Shown: positions 27,901-38,310, counted from the stretch's first letter. The stretch: 64,000 nucleotides of DNA from Hadesarchaea archaeon (GCA_029259175.1 JAPDJH010000009.1:1-64000), one strand, 5' to 3'. Notes: a model not told the origin generated them from the sequence alone. Program-made: numbers and translations.

Positions 27901-28361
27901 GGGCTGGATCCCTCCAGAAACTCGAGCACCCGCCTAACGGCGACTTCGGGCTTGGCCGGTCGGGCAACGACCTTCAGCTTGATGTGGATGGCATCCCCAC
28001 TTTCGGTGAGTGCGAGCTCGCCCTGACACGCGCGCTGTTTGTCAAGCCGGATGTAAAGAATGCAAGAGGAGTCAACCCGCTGGCTGAGGGTGGCCCGCAG
28101 GCGATGCATATCAACGAGCTTCTCCGTTAGCTCCGACCAGAGCTCTTGGGTTTGTTTTTTGTTCAGTCGCGCACTGAGCACTTTGATCGGATTGCCGAAA
28201 TGACCGGTGAGAGAAGCCGTCGCTACGGAAACCGACGGGGGGAGAAAAACGCCAATCGCTCTTCTCAGCTTGGCCTCGTCCTCAGTCGCGTGGACGAAGA
28301 CCTTGACCGTGGCAGAGCTAAAAGGAAATCCGGGAGAGAGCACCGGCTCACCGACTGCCAC
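27897..28361 (-). CDS. RNA-binding protein COG1325/DUF54
   Basis: HATED..K, GHFGNPI, YIRLDKQ. Confidence 0.9.
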   Translation of the reverse strand: MAVGEPVLSPGFPFSSATVKVFVHATEDEAKLRRAIGVFLPPSVSVATASLTGHFGNPIKVLSARLNKKQTQELWSELTEKLVDMHRLRATLSQRVDSSCILYIRLDKQRACQGELALTESGDAIHIKLKVVARPAKPEVAVRRVLEFLEGSSP

Positions 28362-28369
28362 CGATAGCT

Positions 28370-28924
28370 CTACTGGATTCTACCACGCGAGCGAACACTT
28401 GGTCTCAATCGCTCGGCGCCCTTGCCTTTCCGCAACAGACCGCGCATGCGCTTGCCGGCACGCGTGAGGCCACGAAACACGCGTCCGCGGTGCTGTTTTT
28501 CTGCGATCCACCCTAGCTCGGGGTCGTTTCTGATCGACGGGTGGTTCGGATCCAGCATTATCACCTCGTAGTACTCATGGGTACCACCGGAGGCCACATG
28601 ATAGGAGTTGAGCACCTCCAGATTTGGAAACTTTCGGGCCGCGCGCTCCTCCGCTATGAGCTGCAGACTCTTCCGAGGGGTGAGCTTGCGAACGCCCTGC
28701 CGCTTGGGCTTGCGCCCGAGAGTGGGACGCGATCGTCTCCTGCCGCCCTTCCGCACGCGTACGCGAACGACCACCACTCCCTGCTTGGCTTTGTAGCCTA
28801 GAGCTCTCGCCCGGCGTATGTTGGTGGGCTTGTCAATCCTAACAATCGCCGGGCCCTTTCGCCACTTGGGCAGGCGATCCCTCAACAGCTGTCTGCGCAT
28901 CTCCAGAGATAACCGTTGCTTCAA
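28370..28924 (-). CDS. rpl15e: 50S ribosomal protein L15e
   Basis: [32 protein letters not shown]. Confidence 0.97.
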   Translation of the reverse strand: MKQRLSLEMRRQLLRDRLPKWRKGPAIVRIDKPTNIRRARALGYKAKQGVVVVRVRVRKGGRRRSRPTLGRKPKRQGVRKLTPRKSLQLIAEERAARKFPNLEVLNSYHVASGGTHEYYEVIMLDPNHPSIRNDPELGWIAEKQHRGRVFRGLTRAGKRMRGLLRKGKGAERLRPSVRSRGRIQ

Positions 28925-29841
28925 CTCTTCTCACCCTGCAGAACTCCTCTCAACTTGGAGGCTATTATAAGTGCTGCTGCGCGCTGGGCCTCCACGGTGG
29001 ACGCTCCGATGTGGGGAGTCAAAACGGTGTTCGTGCACTCGAGCAACGGGCTGCCCACCGGCGGCTCACGCTCGTATACATCCAGACAAGCTCCAGCAAT
29101 CTGGCCGGATCGGAGGGCCCGCGCCAGTGCCCGCTCGTCCACCACCGCTCCACGGGAGGTGTTTATGAGAACAGCGGTCGGCTTCATCAAGGCCAGCTCT
29201 TTCTCCCCAATCATGTGCTTTGTTTCCGGAAGCAGGGGCACGTGAATCGTGACGAAGTCCGACTCTGCGAGCAAATGCTTCAGCTCCACATACTCTGCGC
29301 CGATTCTGGAAGCGAACTCTTGGTTGGGTTTGATGTCGAACAGCAGCAGCTTCATCCCGAAGGCCTTTGCACGCTCGGCAACGGCCTGACCGATCCGCCC
29401 GGTTCCGATGATTCCCAGTGTCTTTCCATGCAGCTCGGCCCCCTGAAGCTTTTTCTTCTCCCAGCGCCCCGCACGCATGCTAGCATCCGCCTGCGGGATT
29501 CTGCGAGCAAAGGCCAGCATGAGGGCGAACACCAGCTCTGCCACCGCAATGGCCGGAGCCTCCGGTGCATTGAGCACCACGATTCCACGCTTCTTGGCTG
29601 CTTCGACATCTATGTTGTCGAGCCCCACGCCCGCCCGCGCGATCACTTTGAGATTCGCACCACTCTCGATTACGCGGCGGGTGACCTTGGTGGCGCTCCG
29701 GACCACAAGCGCATCACAGTCTTTCACCTTCTGGACCAGCTCGTCCTCGGTCAGCCCGGTGCTCACCTCCACCTCGGCGAATTCTTGGATCGCGCGCAAC
29801 CCGTCTTCATGAATTGGGTCTGTGATCAGCACTTTGGGCAA
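28921..29841 (-). CDS. serA: D-3-phosphoglycerate/2-hydroxyacid dehydrogenase
   Basis: [32 protein letters not shown]; no ACT domain. Confidence 0.85.
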   Translation of the reverse strand: MPKVLITDPIHEDGLRAIQEFAEVEVSTGLTEDELVQKVKDCDALVVRSATKVTRRVIESGANLKVIARAGVGLDNIDVEAAKKRGIVVLNAPEAPAIAVAELVFALMLAFARRIPQADASMRAGRWEKKKLQGAELHGKTLGIIGTGRIGQAVAERAKAFGMKLLLFDIKPNQEFASRIGAEYVELKHLLAESDFVTIHVPLLPETKHMIGEKELALMKPTAVLINTSRGAVVDERALARALRSGQIAGACLDVYEREPPVGSPLLECTNTVLTPHIGASTVEAQRAAALIIASKLRGVLQGEKS

Positions 29842-29894
29842 CCAACCACCTCATTCTCTCGAACACCTTTCCTCTTTTAACTTTACCGAAGGGC

Positions 29895-31097
29895 TCATCT
29901 GCCCTTTGCGGCCACCACCCGAATCACGTCGCCGTCTTGGAGCTGGTAGTCCTCGCCGAGCCTCCGCCGGCTCCTCGCGTCCACCGCATACAGGAAGGTC
30001 TCGCCGAGCTCGGTGTGTATGCGATAGGCGAATTCCCGAGCTGTGGTCCCGCGCGGCACCAAGAACGCGTCGGGAAGAACATTTCCCTTTTTGTCCGTAA
30101 GCTTGGTTTCGTCGTCAACCGGATAGACCACTATCAGGCCTAACAAATCCCTAACGGCGCGGTCGATCACGTCCTGTACACCCGTTCCGCCCAAGCGATG
30201 CATCGCCTCTCGGATGTGCTGGAGGGCGCGCTTCTGCTCAGGAGACAGGACCTCCTCCTGACGGATCTGAAAATCCTTGCCACCCGGGGAGTACTCCACC
30301 AAGCCCTTCTCCGCAGCTCTCCTCAATGCGAGTTCGGCCTCGGCGATCGTGGGGATAACCAAATAACCCAATTCTTCGAGGCGCGGGATGTTCTCGGCGG
30401 CCGTCGGAAGATCCGCCTTGTTGGCAGCTATGAGTATTGGCTTGCTGAGCCTGCGGAGAACCGACACGAATCTCAGCAAATCATCGTCCGACCACCGCTC
30501 GGGATCCGATCGATCCACGCCCGATTGCTTCACCGCCTCCAACACGTGTGATTCTCGTATCCCGAGACCGGAGAAATTCTTCGCGATTTCTTTCACCAGA
30601 TCCATCCGCTGGTACTTCATCTTCCGGGCAAAACTCTTCCAGTCTTTGGCCAGAATATCTCTCATCCAGAGATCGATCTCGCGTTCGAGAAAGCGCACAT
30701 CAGTAACAGGATCGTGGCTGCCGGGTTCGCACGGCTTGCCCTCTCCGTCGGTCGCTCCAGCCGCATCAACTACGTGGATTAGTGCAGCGGCCATCCGGAG
30801 ACTGTCAAGGAACTTGTTGCCGAGCCCCCGGCCCTCGTGAGCACCCTCGACCAGTCCCGCAACGTCGATTATGCGAATAGGCACATAGCGCACGCCGTCC
30901 TCACATTTCGAGTTCTGCGGGTTGCACTGCACTCCGAACTCCTTGCACGGGCATTTGGTCCTGTAATAAGTCACGCCCACGTTGGGATCGATAGTGGTGA
31001 ACGGATATCCGGCCGTGGGGGCCTGGGCAAGAGTCACCGCATTGAAGAGCGTTGTCTTCCCGGTGTTTGGCTTCCCCACAATTCCGAGCTCTATCAC
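29895..31097 (-). CDS. ychF: YchF/Obg-family NTPase with TGS domain
   Basis: GKPNTGKTT, YPFTTIDPN, DVAGL, NKAD. Confidence 0.92.
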   Translation of the reverse strand: MIELGIVGKPNTGKTTLFNAVTLAQAPTAGYPFTTIDPNVGVTYYRTKCPCKEFGVQCNPQNSKCEDGVRYVPIRIIDVAGLVEGAHEGRGLGNKFLDSLRMAAALIHVVDAAGATDGEGKPCEPGSHDPVTDVRFLEREIDLWMRDILAKDWKSFARKMKYQRMDLVKEIAKNFSGLGIRESHVLEAVKQSGVDRSDPERWSDDDLLRFVSVLRRLSKPILIAANKADLPTAAENIPRLEELGYLVIPTIAEAELALRRAAEKGLVEYSPGGKDFQIRQEEVLSPEQKRALQHIREAMHRLGGTGVQDVIDRAVRDLLGLIVVYPVDDETKLTDKKGNVLPDAFLVPRGTTAREFAYRIHTELGETFLYAVDARSRRRLGEDYQLQDGDVIRVVAAKGR

Positions 31098-31432
31098 TAA
31101 AGCTCGCCCCTATCGTAACACCCGGGTTTTCGCTTGGGTCCAAAGCTGCGCAAACCCTGCTCTACGAGCTGACGTCTGAGCCGGGCGGCGTATTCGGGAG
31201 TGATCTCTCCGCGCTGCTCCAAATAGTTGATTATCTCCAGCGCCTGATCCTCGGTGTCGCACCGGCGGATGAACTCCACCGGGCCCGGCTCGTACCCGGA
31301 GTAACTGGAGGCTATACGCTCCCCCTCCTCGACGGAACTCCGAACGGATGAGATTCGGATGGTGCCCGATCCGCTGAGCTCTGCAGCGAGATGAGGAAAA
31401 CGCCGCTTGAACTTCTCATCGACTGGAATCAT
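31097..31432 (-). CDS. DUF2095 family protein
   Basis: FPHLAAEL, FIRRCDT..ALEIINYL, GLRSFG. Confidence 0.85.
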   Translation of the reverse strand: MIPVDEKFKRRFPHLAAELSGSGTIRISSVRSSVEEGERIASSYSGYEPGPVEFIRRCDTEDQALEIINYLEQRGEITPEYAARLRRQLVEQGLRSFGPKRKPGCYDRGEL

Positions 31433-31433
31433 C

Positions 31434-32717
31434 CTAGTCGCCGCCCCACTTCCGTCGATAAATCTTTGGCTTCATGTAAACAAAGGTGTTGGGCGGGATG
31501 TCCTCGTACACGTAGGTGCCCGGGCCCACCGCCGAGTTGGGACCGATCTTGACGCCCACGTTGATGGTGCAGTTGATTCCGGTCTTCACGTTGTCGGCGA
31601 TTATGGTTCCGAGCTTTCGTCTTCCAGAACTCACGATTTTTCCTCCCACCTCCATCTTGATTGGACGCTCGTCCAAGCGGAGGTTGGCGATGGTGGTGCC
31701 GGCACCCAGATTGCAGTGGCTCCCGATCACGCTGTCCCCCACGTAGGAGAGATGGGCCACGTGGGTGTGGTCCATGATGATGGAGTTCTTGATCTCGACC
31801 CCGTTACCTATCCGGACGTTATCACCTATGCTGGTAGCAGGGCGAATGTAGCAATTGGGGCCTATGTCGCAGTTTTTTCCGATGTAGGTGGGGCCCTGGA
31901 TGTAGGAGCCGGAGCGGATCTGTGTTCCCTCACCCACATAGACCTCTCCCTCCAGAGTGACTCCCGGCTCGATCTTTCCGTGGATTTCCCCTTTCAGCTT
32001 CTGGAGGAAGTACTCATTCGCGACCAGCAGATCCCATGGGCGTCCGATGTCAGCCCACAGGCTGAGGGGAGAGGTGTAAATCGAGCGCCCGCTCTTTATG
32101 AGAATATTCATGGAGTCGGTCAGCTCGTACTCGCCGCGCTTCGAAGGCTTGGTGCGCCTGATGGCGTCGAAGATGGCCGGATGAAAGATGTAGACCCCAG
32201 CGTTTGCGGTTCGGCTCCTGATCCGCCTCGGCTTCTCGACGAGCTTGACGACCTTGCCGTCGCGCACCGTGACTATGCCGAACTGCTCGGGCTGGTCGAC
32301 CTCGATGACCGCCATGAGGCCGCCGAAATCCCCATTGTCTTTGACCTCCCCGTAACGCTTGAGAAAGATATCGAGAGACTCCTGGTCGAAGAGGGTGTCG
32401 CCGTTGACCACCAGCGCGTGCTCTCCACCGACGAACTCCTCGGCGAGGGAAAGAGCGTCGGCGGTTCCACGCAGCTCCTTCTGTTCAAGGTAAGTGAGGT
32501 GGAGCTCCATCTGCGAACCATCACCATAGCGCTCGATTATCTGCTCCTTGCCGAAACCGACGACGAGCGCGATCTCGCGGATTCCGGCGTTTTTAAGCAA
32601 CAAAAGCACGTGGTCTAGGGCTGGCTTACCGGCAACGGGCAGAAGGAACTTGGGCTTGGTGAAGGTGAGGGGCCGCATTCGGGTTCCGAGGCCTGCGGCT
32701 AAGACCACCGCTTTCAC
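31434..32717 (-). CDS. glmU: Bifunctional sugar-1-phosphate nucleotidyltransferase/acetyltransferase (GlmU-like)
   Basis: LAAGLGTRMRPLT..PK, hexapeptide repeats, HLSYVGDS. Confidence 0.9.
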   Translation of the reverse strand: MKAVVLAAGLGTRMRPLTFTKPKFLLPVAGKPALDHVLLLLKNAGIREIALVVGFGKEQIIERYGDGSQMELHLTYLEQKELRGTADALSLAEEFVGGEHALVVNGDTLFDQESLDIFLKRYGEVKDNGDFGGLMAVIEVDQPEQFGIVTVRDGKVVKLVEKPRRIRSRTANAGVYIFHPAIFDAIRRTKPSKRGEYELTDSMNILIKSGRSIYTSPLSLWADIGRPWDLLVANEYFLQKLKGEIHGKIEPGVTLEGEVYVGEGTQIRSGSYIQGPTYIGKNCDIGPNCYIRPATSIGDNVRIGNGVEIKNSIIMDHTHVAHLSYVGDSVIGSHCNLGAGTTIANLRLDERPIKMEVGGKIVSSGRRKLGTIIADNVKTGINCTINVGVKIGPNSAVGPGTYVYEDIPPNTFVYMKPKIYRRKWGGD

Positions 32718-32776
32718 GGATGTGCACCAAAAGGAATTGAAGGGGCTGTCTAATAAGGATGACCAGGCGAGCGAGG

Positions 32777-32886
32777 TTGAAAAATTTTTCAAGTGCTCCA
32801 TTGAAAATCGTTTCAACAAGGAGGTTAAAGAAAATTCAACGAATTAATGGATTTTTTCTCAAAAAACGCTTTTATAAGCGCTTTTT
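32777..32886. promoter_or_regulatory. Operator-like palindromes in the divergent promoter region
   Basis: TTGAAAAATTTTTCAA (32777), TTGAAAATCGTTTCAA (32801), TTAAAGAAAATTCAA (32825); inverted repeat around TTTTATAAG. Confidence 0.6.
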
Positions 32887-32906
32887 TGACCAAAAATGGT
32901 GCACAC

Positions 32907-34334
32907 GTGTTCAGAACAATTGCAAAGATCTGGATTCTGGGGCTGATCTTGGCTTCGAGCGCCCTGCCCGCAGGCGGACAGCTCGAACGGAAGAACGTGG
33001 CGTTCGTTCAGGAGTTCGAGGGCTTCAAGCTCGTCGGACAGGTCGTGGATTCCGAAACAGGTGCGCCCATTCAGAGCGCGCTGATCAAGGCGGTGTTCAG
33101 CAACGGGCGAAAAGCGCTGAGCAGGAGCGACGCCCAGGGTCGGTTCGCGGTGGGCGTATGGGGAGAAGGGGAGACCTCGTACAGGTTGGAGATCTCGGCC
33201 CGGGGGTACGACTCCAAGACGACGGAGGGGAGAGTAGTACTACACACGGCCGGAACGCACGATGTGGGCCAAATCGGACTTCACTACCATCCCTTCGACC
33301 TCTCGCTCTCGGAGCAGAGCAGATCCCTGAGCAGGGAGCAGGGAGAGTCTTGGCCCAGCGTCGAGCTCACGGTCACCCTGGAGAACCGGAACGGGTACGA
33401 CAACGCAGTCGAGCTCGGGGTTGAGGCCCCGGAGGGCATCGAAGCTGAGTTCGAAAACGCCAGGCTGCGCTTCCGCTCCCCTGTCTCGACCGTGCTCACG
33501 CTGACTCCCGGGAGCGCGCTGAGCTCGGGAACCTACACGGTGACGGTTAAGGCGTGCGACGCGTGGGGCAGGCTCGCGGCCAGCGCCTCATGCACGCTCA
33601 CGCTCAGCACCCAAACCAAGCAAACGACCACGACGGGCGGATCCGGTGGCGGGTCGGGCTCCGGCGGCGGGTCGGACAGCTCCCCTCTGGTCATCAAGGT
33701 CGTGGACGCCGCGACCGGGAGCGGGATCTCGGGGGCGAGCGTGGTCCTGAAGCGGCAGGGGACGACCGAGGTGGTCGCGAGCGGGACGACCGGGCCGGAC
33801 GGGACGGTGGAGTTCACCCCGCCGCGCGTGTGGGTGGACGCGTTCGTGAGCAAGTCCGGGTGGGTGGCGTACAACGCGTCCAGGCAGGCCGTGAGCACCG
33901 TGCACACATACTTCTACGCGGGGAGCGGGACGCGCACCTTCTACCTCTCGAACATCGGGGTGATAACCGGGCTGAAGGCGGAGCACACCACCCTCACCTT
34001 CACCCAAGTGAACGAGACTAAGCAAACCACCCTGACGGTTCAGGGGGACTACTCGAAGTCGGTGGACACGACCTACGACGTGTACTATTACCAAACCTAC
34101 ACCCCGAGGGAGGCGGTCTACCACGTGTGGACCAAACCGACCTCGGTCTCGGGCTCCGGGCAGTCCTACACGTTCAAGGGGAAGTGTCTGGTCTGGCAGC
34201 CCCCGACGGGAATCAACTTCCACCCGGGGGCGCACGGGTCCAGGCGCGTGGCGTGGAACTACTGGGGGTCGAGCTGGGCCGGCGAGCCGGGGGCGCAGAC
34301 GACGGTGACGCTGAGGCAGAAGGAAGGATACTAA
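32907..34334 (+). CDS. Secreted/surface protein with carboxypeptidase-regulatory-like and Ig-like domains
   Basis: Signal peptide; GQVVDSETGAPI and VVDAATGSGISGA; Thr/Gly/Ser linker. Confidence 0.8.
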   Translation: MFRTIAKIWILGLILASSALPAGGQLERKNVAFVQEFEGFKLVGQVVDSETGAPIQSALIKAVFSNGRKALSRSDAQGRFAVGVWGEGETSYRLEISARGYDSKTTEGRVVLHTAGTHDVGQIGLHYHPFDLSLSEQSRSLSREQGESWPSVELTVTLENRNGYDNAVELGVEAPEGIEAEFENARLRFRSPVSTVLTLTPGSALSSGTYTVTVKACDAWGRLAASASCTLTLSTQTKQTTTTGGSGGGSGSGGGSDSSPLVIKVVDAATGSGISGASVVLKRQGTTEVVASGTTGPDGTVEFTPPRVWVDAFVSKSGWVAYNASRQAVSTVHTYFYAGSGTRTFYLSNIGVITGLKAEHTTLTFTQVNETKQTTLTVQGDYSKSVDTTYDVYYYQTYTPREAVYHVWTKPTSVSGSGQSYTFKGKCLVWQPPTGINFHPGAHGSRRVAWNYWGSSWAGEPGAQTTVTLRQKEGY

Positions 34335-35545
34335 ACCATTCGGTCAACAAATGTGTAACCATTGAGTGGAACATTCTCAAATTCTTCGTAAAATTTCTCG
34401 ATTAAATTCCAAGATTCATTGTCAAATTCACTAAGCTGAATCAAAACTTTAGTTGCGCCAATTCGTCCGGCTCCTGGTCCACCATGGGCTATGAGCGGAC
34501 TCCCGTTCTCCTCCGGCTTCAGCGGGCGCACCCAGCGGTTCTCGCTCGGGATCCACCCGTAGCCCTCCGTCGCGTAGTCCCCGATCCGCACCTGGTTCTC
34601 GTTCTCCTCCGGGGCCAGGAAAACCCCCTCCAGCACCACGGTCTCGCCGGGCTCCAAGGAACCGAGCGGGTGCCCCTCCTCGTCCAAGGTCGAAATCAGG
34701 GCTTTCGCCATTATGTTCTCGTCCTGGTATGGCTCCTCGACTGTCTTGAAGCGCAGAAACCTGGTTCCCTGTGTAATGACCCAGCGCCCGTTCTCGAACC
34801 GCTTTTCCAAGACTGTCTCATCTCCGCGCTCGATAGCAAGCCTCAACCATACCAGTCTGCTGTAGCGGTTGTTGCCGAGTTCGTTCGGATAGGTGGCCCA
34901 AACGGATGGACGCTCCCAGTAGAGAACGAGCGCCACTTCGTTTTCCTCGAGCCGGTACTCATACGCGTCCTCGTCGTACCAAGCCACGAACTCCCAGCGC
35001 TCCCCAGAGTAGACCTCCCGGAGGTGCTCCGCCTCCTCCGTGCCTTTAACTTTCCAACTCCACATCTGACTTCCCGGCCCAAACCTGTTGTCTGGAATTC
35101 CAACTGAGTAGTACCCAACGTGGGGCCAAGGGAGGTCGAGTTCAAGGCCGCTCAGCACCGGGTCCCCCTCCTCGCCCGCGTACGTGAACGCGCTCACGAA
35201 GTGGAAGGGCACCCAGCCCTCGGGGACGTTCTCGGGGGCGGAGACGGGGGCCGGCTCCCAGCCCGGGATCCCTGCTCCCGCGCTCCACCACACCCAGAGC
35301 GCACCCGCGAGCGCGCACGCCGTCGCGACCGCCGCGCTCCGCTTCGGAGTTCCCGGGCCGAACCCCGCGCTCGCAAACCAGGCGATTCCCAGGACGGCCG
35401 CGGCCTGGGCCCACCGCGGGAGCTCCCCGAACCCCGGGACGAGCGGGAGGAGGAAAAAGGCCGCGAGCCCGGCGACCGCGAAGATCACCGCCACCAAGAA
35501 CACAGCCGCGACGCGCCAGTTCACGGCAGACCCCTCCTCAACCAC
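34331..35545 (-). CDS. Membrane-anchored hypothetical protein with large outer domain
   Basis: Three N-terminal TM helices then an acidic, beta-rich domain. Confidence 0.7.
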   Translation of the reverse strand: MVEEGSAVNWRVAAVFLVAVIFAVAGLAAFFLLPLVPGFGELPRWAQAAAVLGIAWFASAGFGPGTPKRSAAVATACALAGALWVWWSAGAGIPGWEPAPVSAPENVPEGWVPFHFVSAFTYAGEEGDPVLSGLELDLPWPHVGYYSVGIPDNRFGPGSQMWSWKVKGTEEAEHLREVYSGERWEFVAWYDEDAYEYRLEENEVALVLYWERPSVWATYPNELGNNRYSRLVWLRLAIERGDETVLEKRFENGRWVITQGTRFLRFKTVEEPYQDENIMAKALISTLDEEGHPLGSLEPGETVVLEGVFLAPEENENQVRIGDYATEGYGWIPSENRWVRPLKPEENGSPLIAHGGPGAGRIGATKVLIQLSEFDNESWNLIEKFYEEFENVPLNGYTFVDRMV

Positions 35546-36639
35546 TCTCTGAAGAAAACGTCGTGTATCCTGCCCTCATCAAGCACCCCTTTGTGCTCAA
35601 GCGATTTAACCACGCGCTGTACGTGGGACTGCGTTTTCAGCCCGTACCGCTCCACGAAATCGCTGGAGAAAATCGATACGCCCTCTTCCGCCGCAAGCCC
35701 CCTCAAAAATCTCCGCTGGAGCGGCGTCAGGTGATCCATCAGGTCCAAGTAGTTCTTCTGCTCGTGTGCTATGATCCTGTCGACGGCTTCCCGCACCTGA
35801 GACTCGCCCGTAACCTTTCTCGAGCTGAACCAGAGCTCGTAGCAGAGCTGCTGGGTGTAGTACGGGTGGCCGCCCGTCAAATCCAGTATGGCGTCCAGCG
35901 CCTCATCGCTTATCCGCCCGCCGGTCTTCTCGAACTTGTTGGCGATGAACTGCTTGAACTCCTGCCTGGGGATGGGGCCGAGCTCCATGGGCTTGCTGAA
36001 CCTGTAGAAAGGCCTGCTCTCATCACTGAACATGCGTGTCAGGATGTGACGCTTGCTCCCCATGAACACGTACGTGACGTTTCTGTGGCGCTGGAACTTC
36101 GACCTCATCAGCTTCTCGATAGCAGTCCCATTCAGATCGGACACGTCTTGGAATTCGTCGAACGCGAGCACCATGCGTCTGCCCTTCTTGCCCGCGAAGC
36201 TCTCTGCGAAATCGAGGGCTTCCCCGAGTTCCTCGTCGGTAATGTCTCTGGCCATCTCGAGCTTGACGTTCCCTTCCGGCGTGAAAACCACGCTGACCCT
36301 CAGACTCTTGAAGAACCCGGGCAGCTCGAGCACTGCCCTCTTTAACCTGTCCAGTTTGGTGTAGGCCGAGTTCACGATCGTCTCGATGATCCTTGTGGCC
36401 AGCGCGCGTTTTGAGTCCACGGCCGACACGTCAACCCGGGCGTGGTAGACATCCTTTCCCAACCGCGAGAACAGTTCCTCGACCAGCGAGCTCTTCCCCA
36501 TCAGCCGCGGTGAGTAGAGAACCACGCTTTTTCCAGACAGCAGGTCGCGTTTCAGCTCCTCGAGTTCCCGCTTCCGGTTGACAAAGTTCGCCCCCGTAAC
36601 AATGGGCCCGTAAACGAACGGATTCCTCATTTTATACAC
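35521..36639 (-). CDS. Archaeal AAA-type ATPase with C-terminal wHTH
   Basis: NPF, FVNRKREL, PRLMGKSS, FDEFQ, GGHPYY. Confidence 0.9.
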   Translation of the reverse strand: MYKMRNPFVYGPIVTGANFVNRKRELEELKRDLLSGKSVVLYSPRLMGKSSLVEELFSRLGKDVYHARVDVSAVDSKRALATRIIETIVNSAYTKLDRLKRAVLELPGFFKSLRVSVVFTPEGNVKLEMARDITDEELGEALDFAESFAGKKGRRMVLAFDEFQDVSDLNGTAIEKLMRSKFQRHRNVTYVFMGSKRHILTRMFSDESRPFYRFSKPMELGPIPRQEFKQFIANKFEKTGGRISDEALDAILDLTGGHPYYTQQLCYELWFSSRKVTGESQVREAVDRIIAHEQKNYLDLMDHLTPLQRRFLRGLAAEEGVSIFSSDFVERYGLKTQSHVQRVVKSLEHKGVLDEGRIHDVFFREWLRRGLP

Positions 36640-36960
36640 TTCTGTATAATACGGATGTGTATAGGAATATTTATACTTTTTGGTCTAGTGGTCGTCTTGC
36701 GCCTCCAAAAGCTGGACCAACTCGAGAAGTTCTACGAGCGGCCAAATCCGGTGGGCGGTATCATAGCTGAGAGGAACCCGCGGTCTCAATAACCGGAAAG
36801 GTTTTGCACGCGCCCTCCATCCCCGCCAACAAAGCGCCCGCGCCTGCCAAGTGGTCAGAACAGCAGAAAGGAGCTTTGATCCTGACCGTCACCCTAGAGA
36901 ACCACAACGGGTGCGACTACTAGCCAAAACCGCCGACTCTTCAGCCGGAACGGTGCCGCA

Positions 36961-38310
36961 TCACTTCTTTTTTACCACACTCTCCACCACGCCCGCCGCC
37001 CTGCGCAGCAATTCTTTCGCACCCGCCTCGTCTTCGGCTTCGGCGGTTACCCTGATATACGGCTCCGTGCCCGAGGGCCTGACGAGCACCCATCCGCTCT
37101 CAGCATCAACCCGCACGCCGTCCGCCGTCGAAATCTCCCCCTTCGCCTCCCGCGGCAGGAGCTCCTCAACCTTTCGCATGACCTCTCCTTTTCGCTCGTT
37201 CGGGCACGCGATCTTTTCCCTCAGCGTCACATAGTCGGGCAGCTCGTCGACCAGCTCAGATAGCTTGCGCCCCGTCGACTCCAGCAGCTCCACCACCTTC
37301 AGAGCGGCGAGCGGGCCATCGGGCGCCAGATGAACCTCCGGAAAGATCCACGAACCGCTGGGCTCGCCTCCGAACACCGCCCTGTGCTCGACCACCGCCT
37401 GCGCCACTGCCACGTCACCAACCCGAACGCGAACAACGCGGCCTCCCCGCTCCTCGACCGCGTCTTCCACGACCCTCGAGGCGTCGACCGTGGTAACCAC
37501 CACGTCGCCCGGCTTTTTAACCTGAAAAGCGGCCATCAAAGCCAGCAACTTATCGCCCACAAACCTTCCCTTCTCGTCAACGGCACCGATGCGATCGGCA
37601 TCCCCGTCGTGGGCCAGACCCACACCAACTCCCAGCTCCCGCACCGTTTTCGCCAAAACCTGCAAGTTTTTCTCATTCGGCTCCAGCCCACGCGCGGGAA
37701 ACAGCCCATCGGGATTGGAGTTCAACGCGATGACCTTGCACCCTCGCTCCCTCAGCAGCTGCGGAGTGACGACCGACGCCGCCCCATTGCCGCAGTCCAC
37801 CACCACCGTGAGCGTACTCTCGAACCCCACCCTTTCAGCCATAACTTGCTCGTACCGCGAGAGCAAGTCGATTTCTCTACATGTCCCGATCTCGTCCCAG
37901 CCGACCGTCCGCCACCGGCGCCCAAAATAGAGCTCCTCAATCTTCTCCTCCTCAGCCGGTGTGTAGGCCATCCCGTCCCGATTCCAGCATTTCAGGCCGT
38001 TGTACTCAGGGGGATTGTGGGACGCCGTTATCATGGCGCCCGACTTGGCCCCCACGAGCTTCGTCCCCAGCGCGAGGACGGGGGTGGGAACCATGCCTGC
38101 TAGCGCAACATCGCACCCCCCTGACAGCAAGCCAGCTACGAGCGCGTTCTCGAGCACCGGACCGGATAGCCTCGGGTCGCGGCCAACGACCACCGTCCCA
38201 GAATTGCCAAGAACGGTCGCAATAACTCGGCCCAAATCCGCAAACAGCTCTGGCGTGATCTCCTTTCCAAATATCCCCCGAACACCGGACGTTCCGAAAA
38301 GCTTTCCCAC
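36961..38310 (-). CDS. glmM: Phosphoglucosamine mutase / phosphohexomutase
   Basis: FGTSGVRG, TASHNP, DGDADR, GGEPSG, RPSGTEP. Confidence 0.9.
   Translation of the reverse strand: MGKLFGTSGVRGIFGKEITPELFADLGRVIATVLGNSGTVVVGRDPRLSGPVLENALVAGLLSGGCDVALAGMVPTPVLALGTKLVGAKSGAMITASHNPPEYNGLKCWNRDGMAYTPAEEEKIEELYFGRRWRTVGWDEIGTCREIDLLSRYEQVMAERVGFESTLTVVVDCGNGAASVVTPQLLRERGCKVIALNSNPDGLFPARGLEPNEKNLQVLAKTVRELGVGVGLAHDGDADRIGAVDEKGRFVGDKLLALMAAFQVKKPGDVVVTTVDASRVVEDAVEERGGRVVRVRVGDVAVAQAVVEHRAVFGGEPSGSWIFPEVHLAPDGPLAALKVVELLESTGRKLSELVDELPDYVTLREKIACPNERKGEVMRKVEELLPREAKGEISTADGVRVDAESGWVLVRPSGTEPYIRVTAEAEDEAGAKELLRRAAGVVESVVKKK

Noticed and set aside
31407-32618. 403-aa plus-strand ORF
   Set aside because: Antisense shadow of glmU
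34331-34500. DGR variable region at the C-terminus of the membrane protein
   Set aside because: No template repeat with adenine-specific differences and no reverse transcriptase in the window
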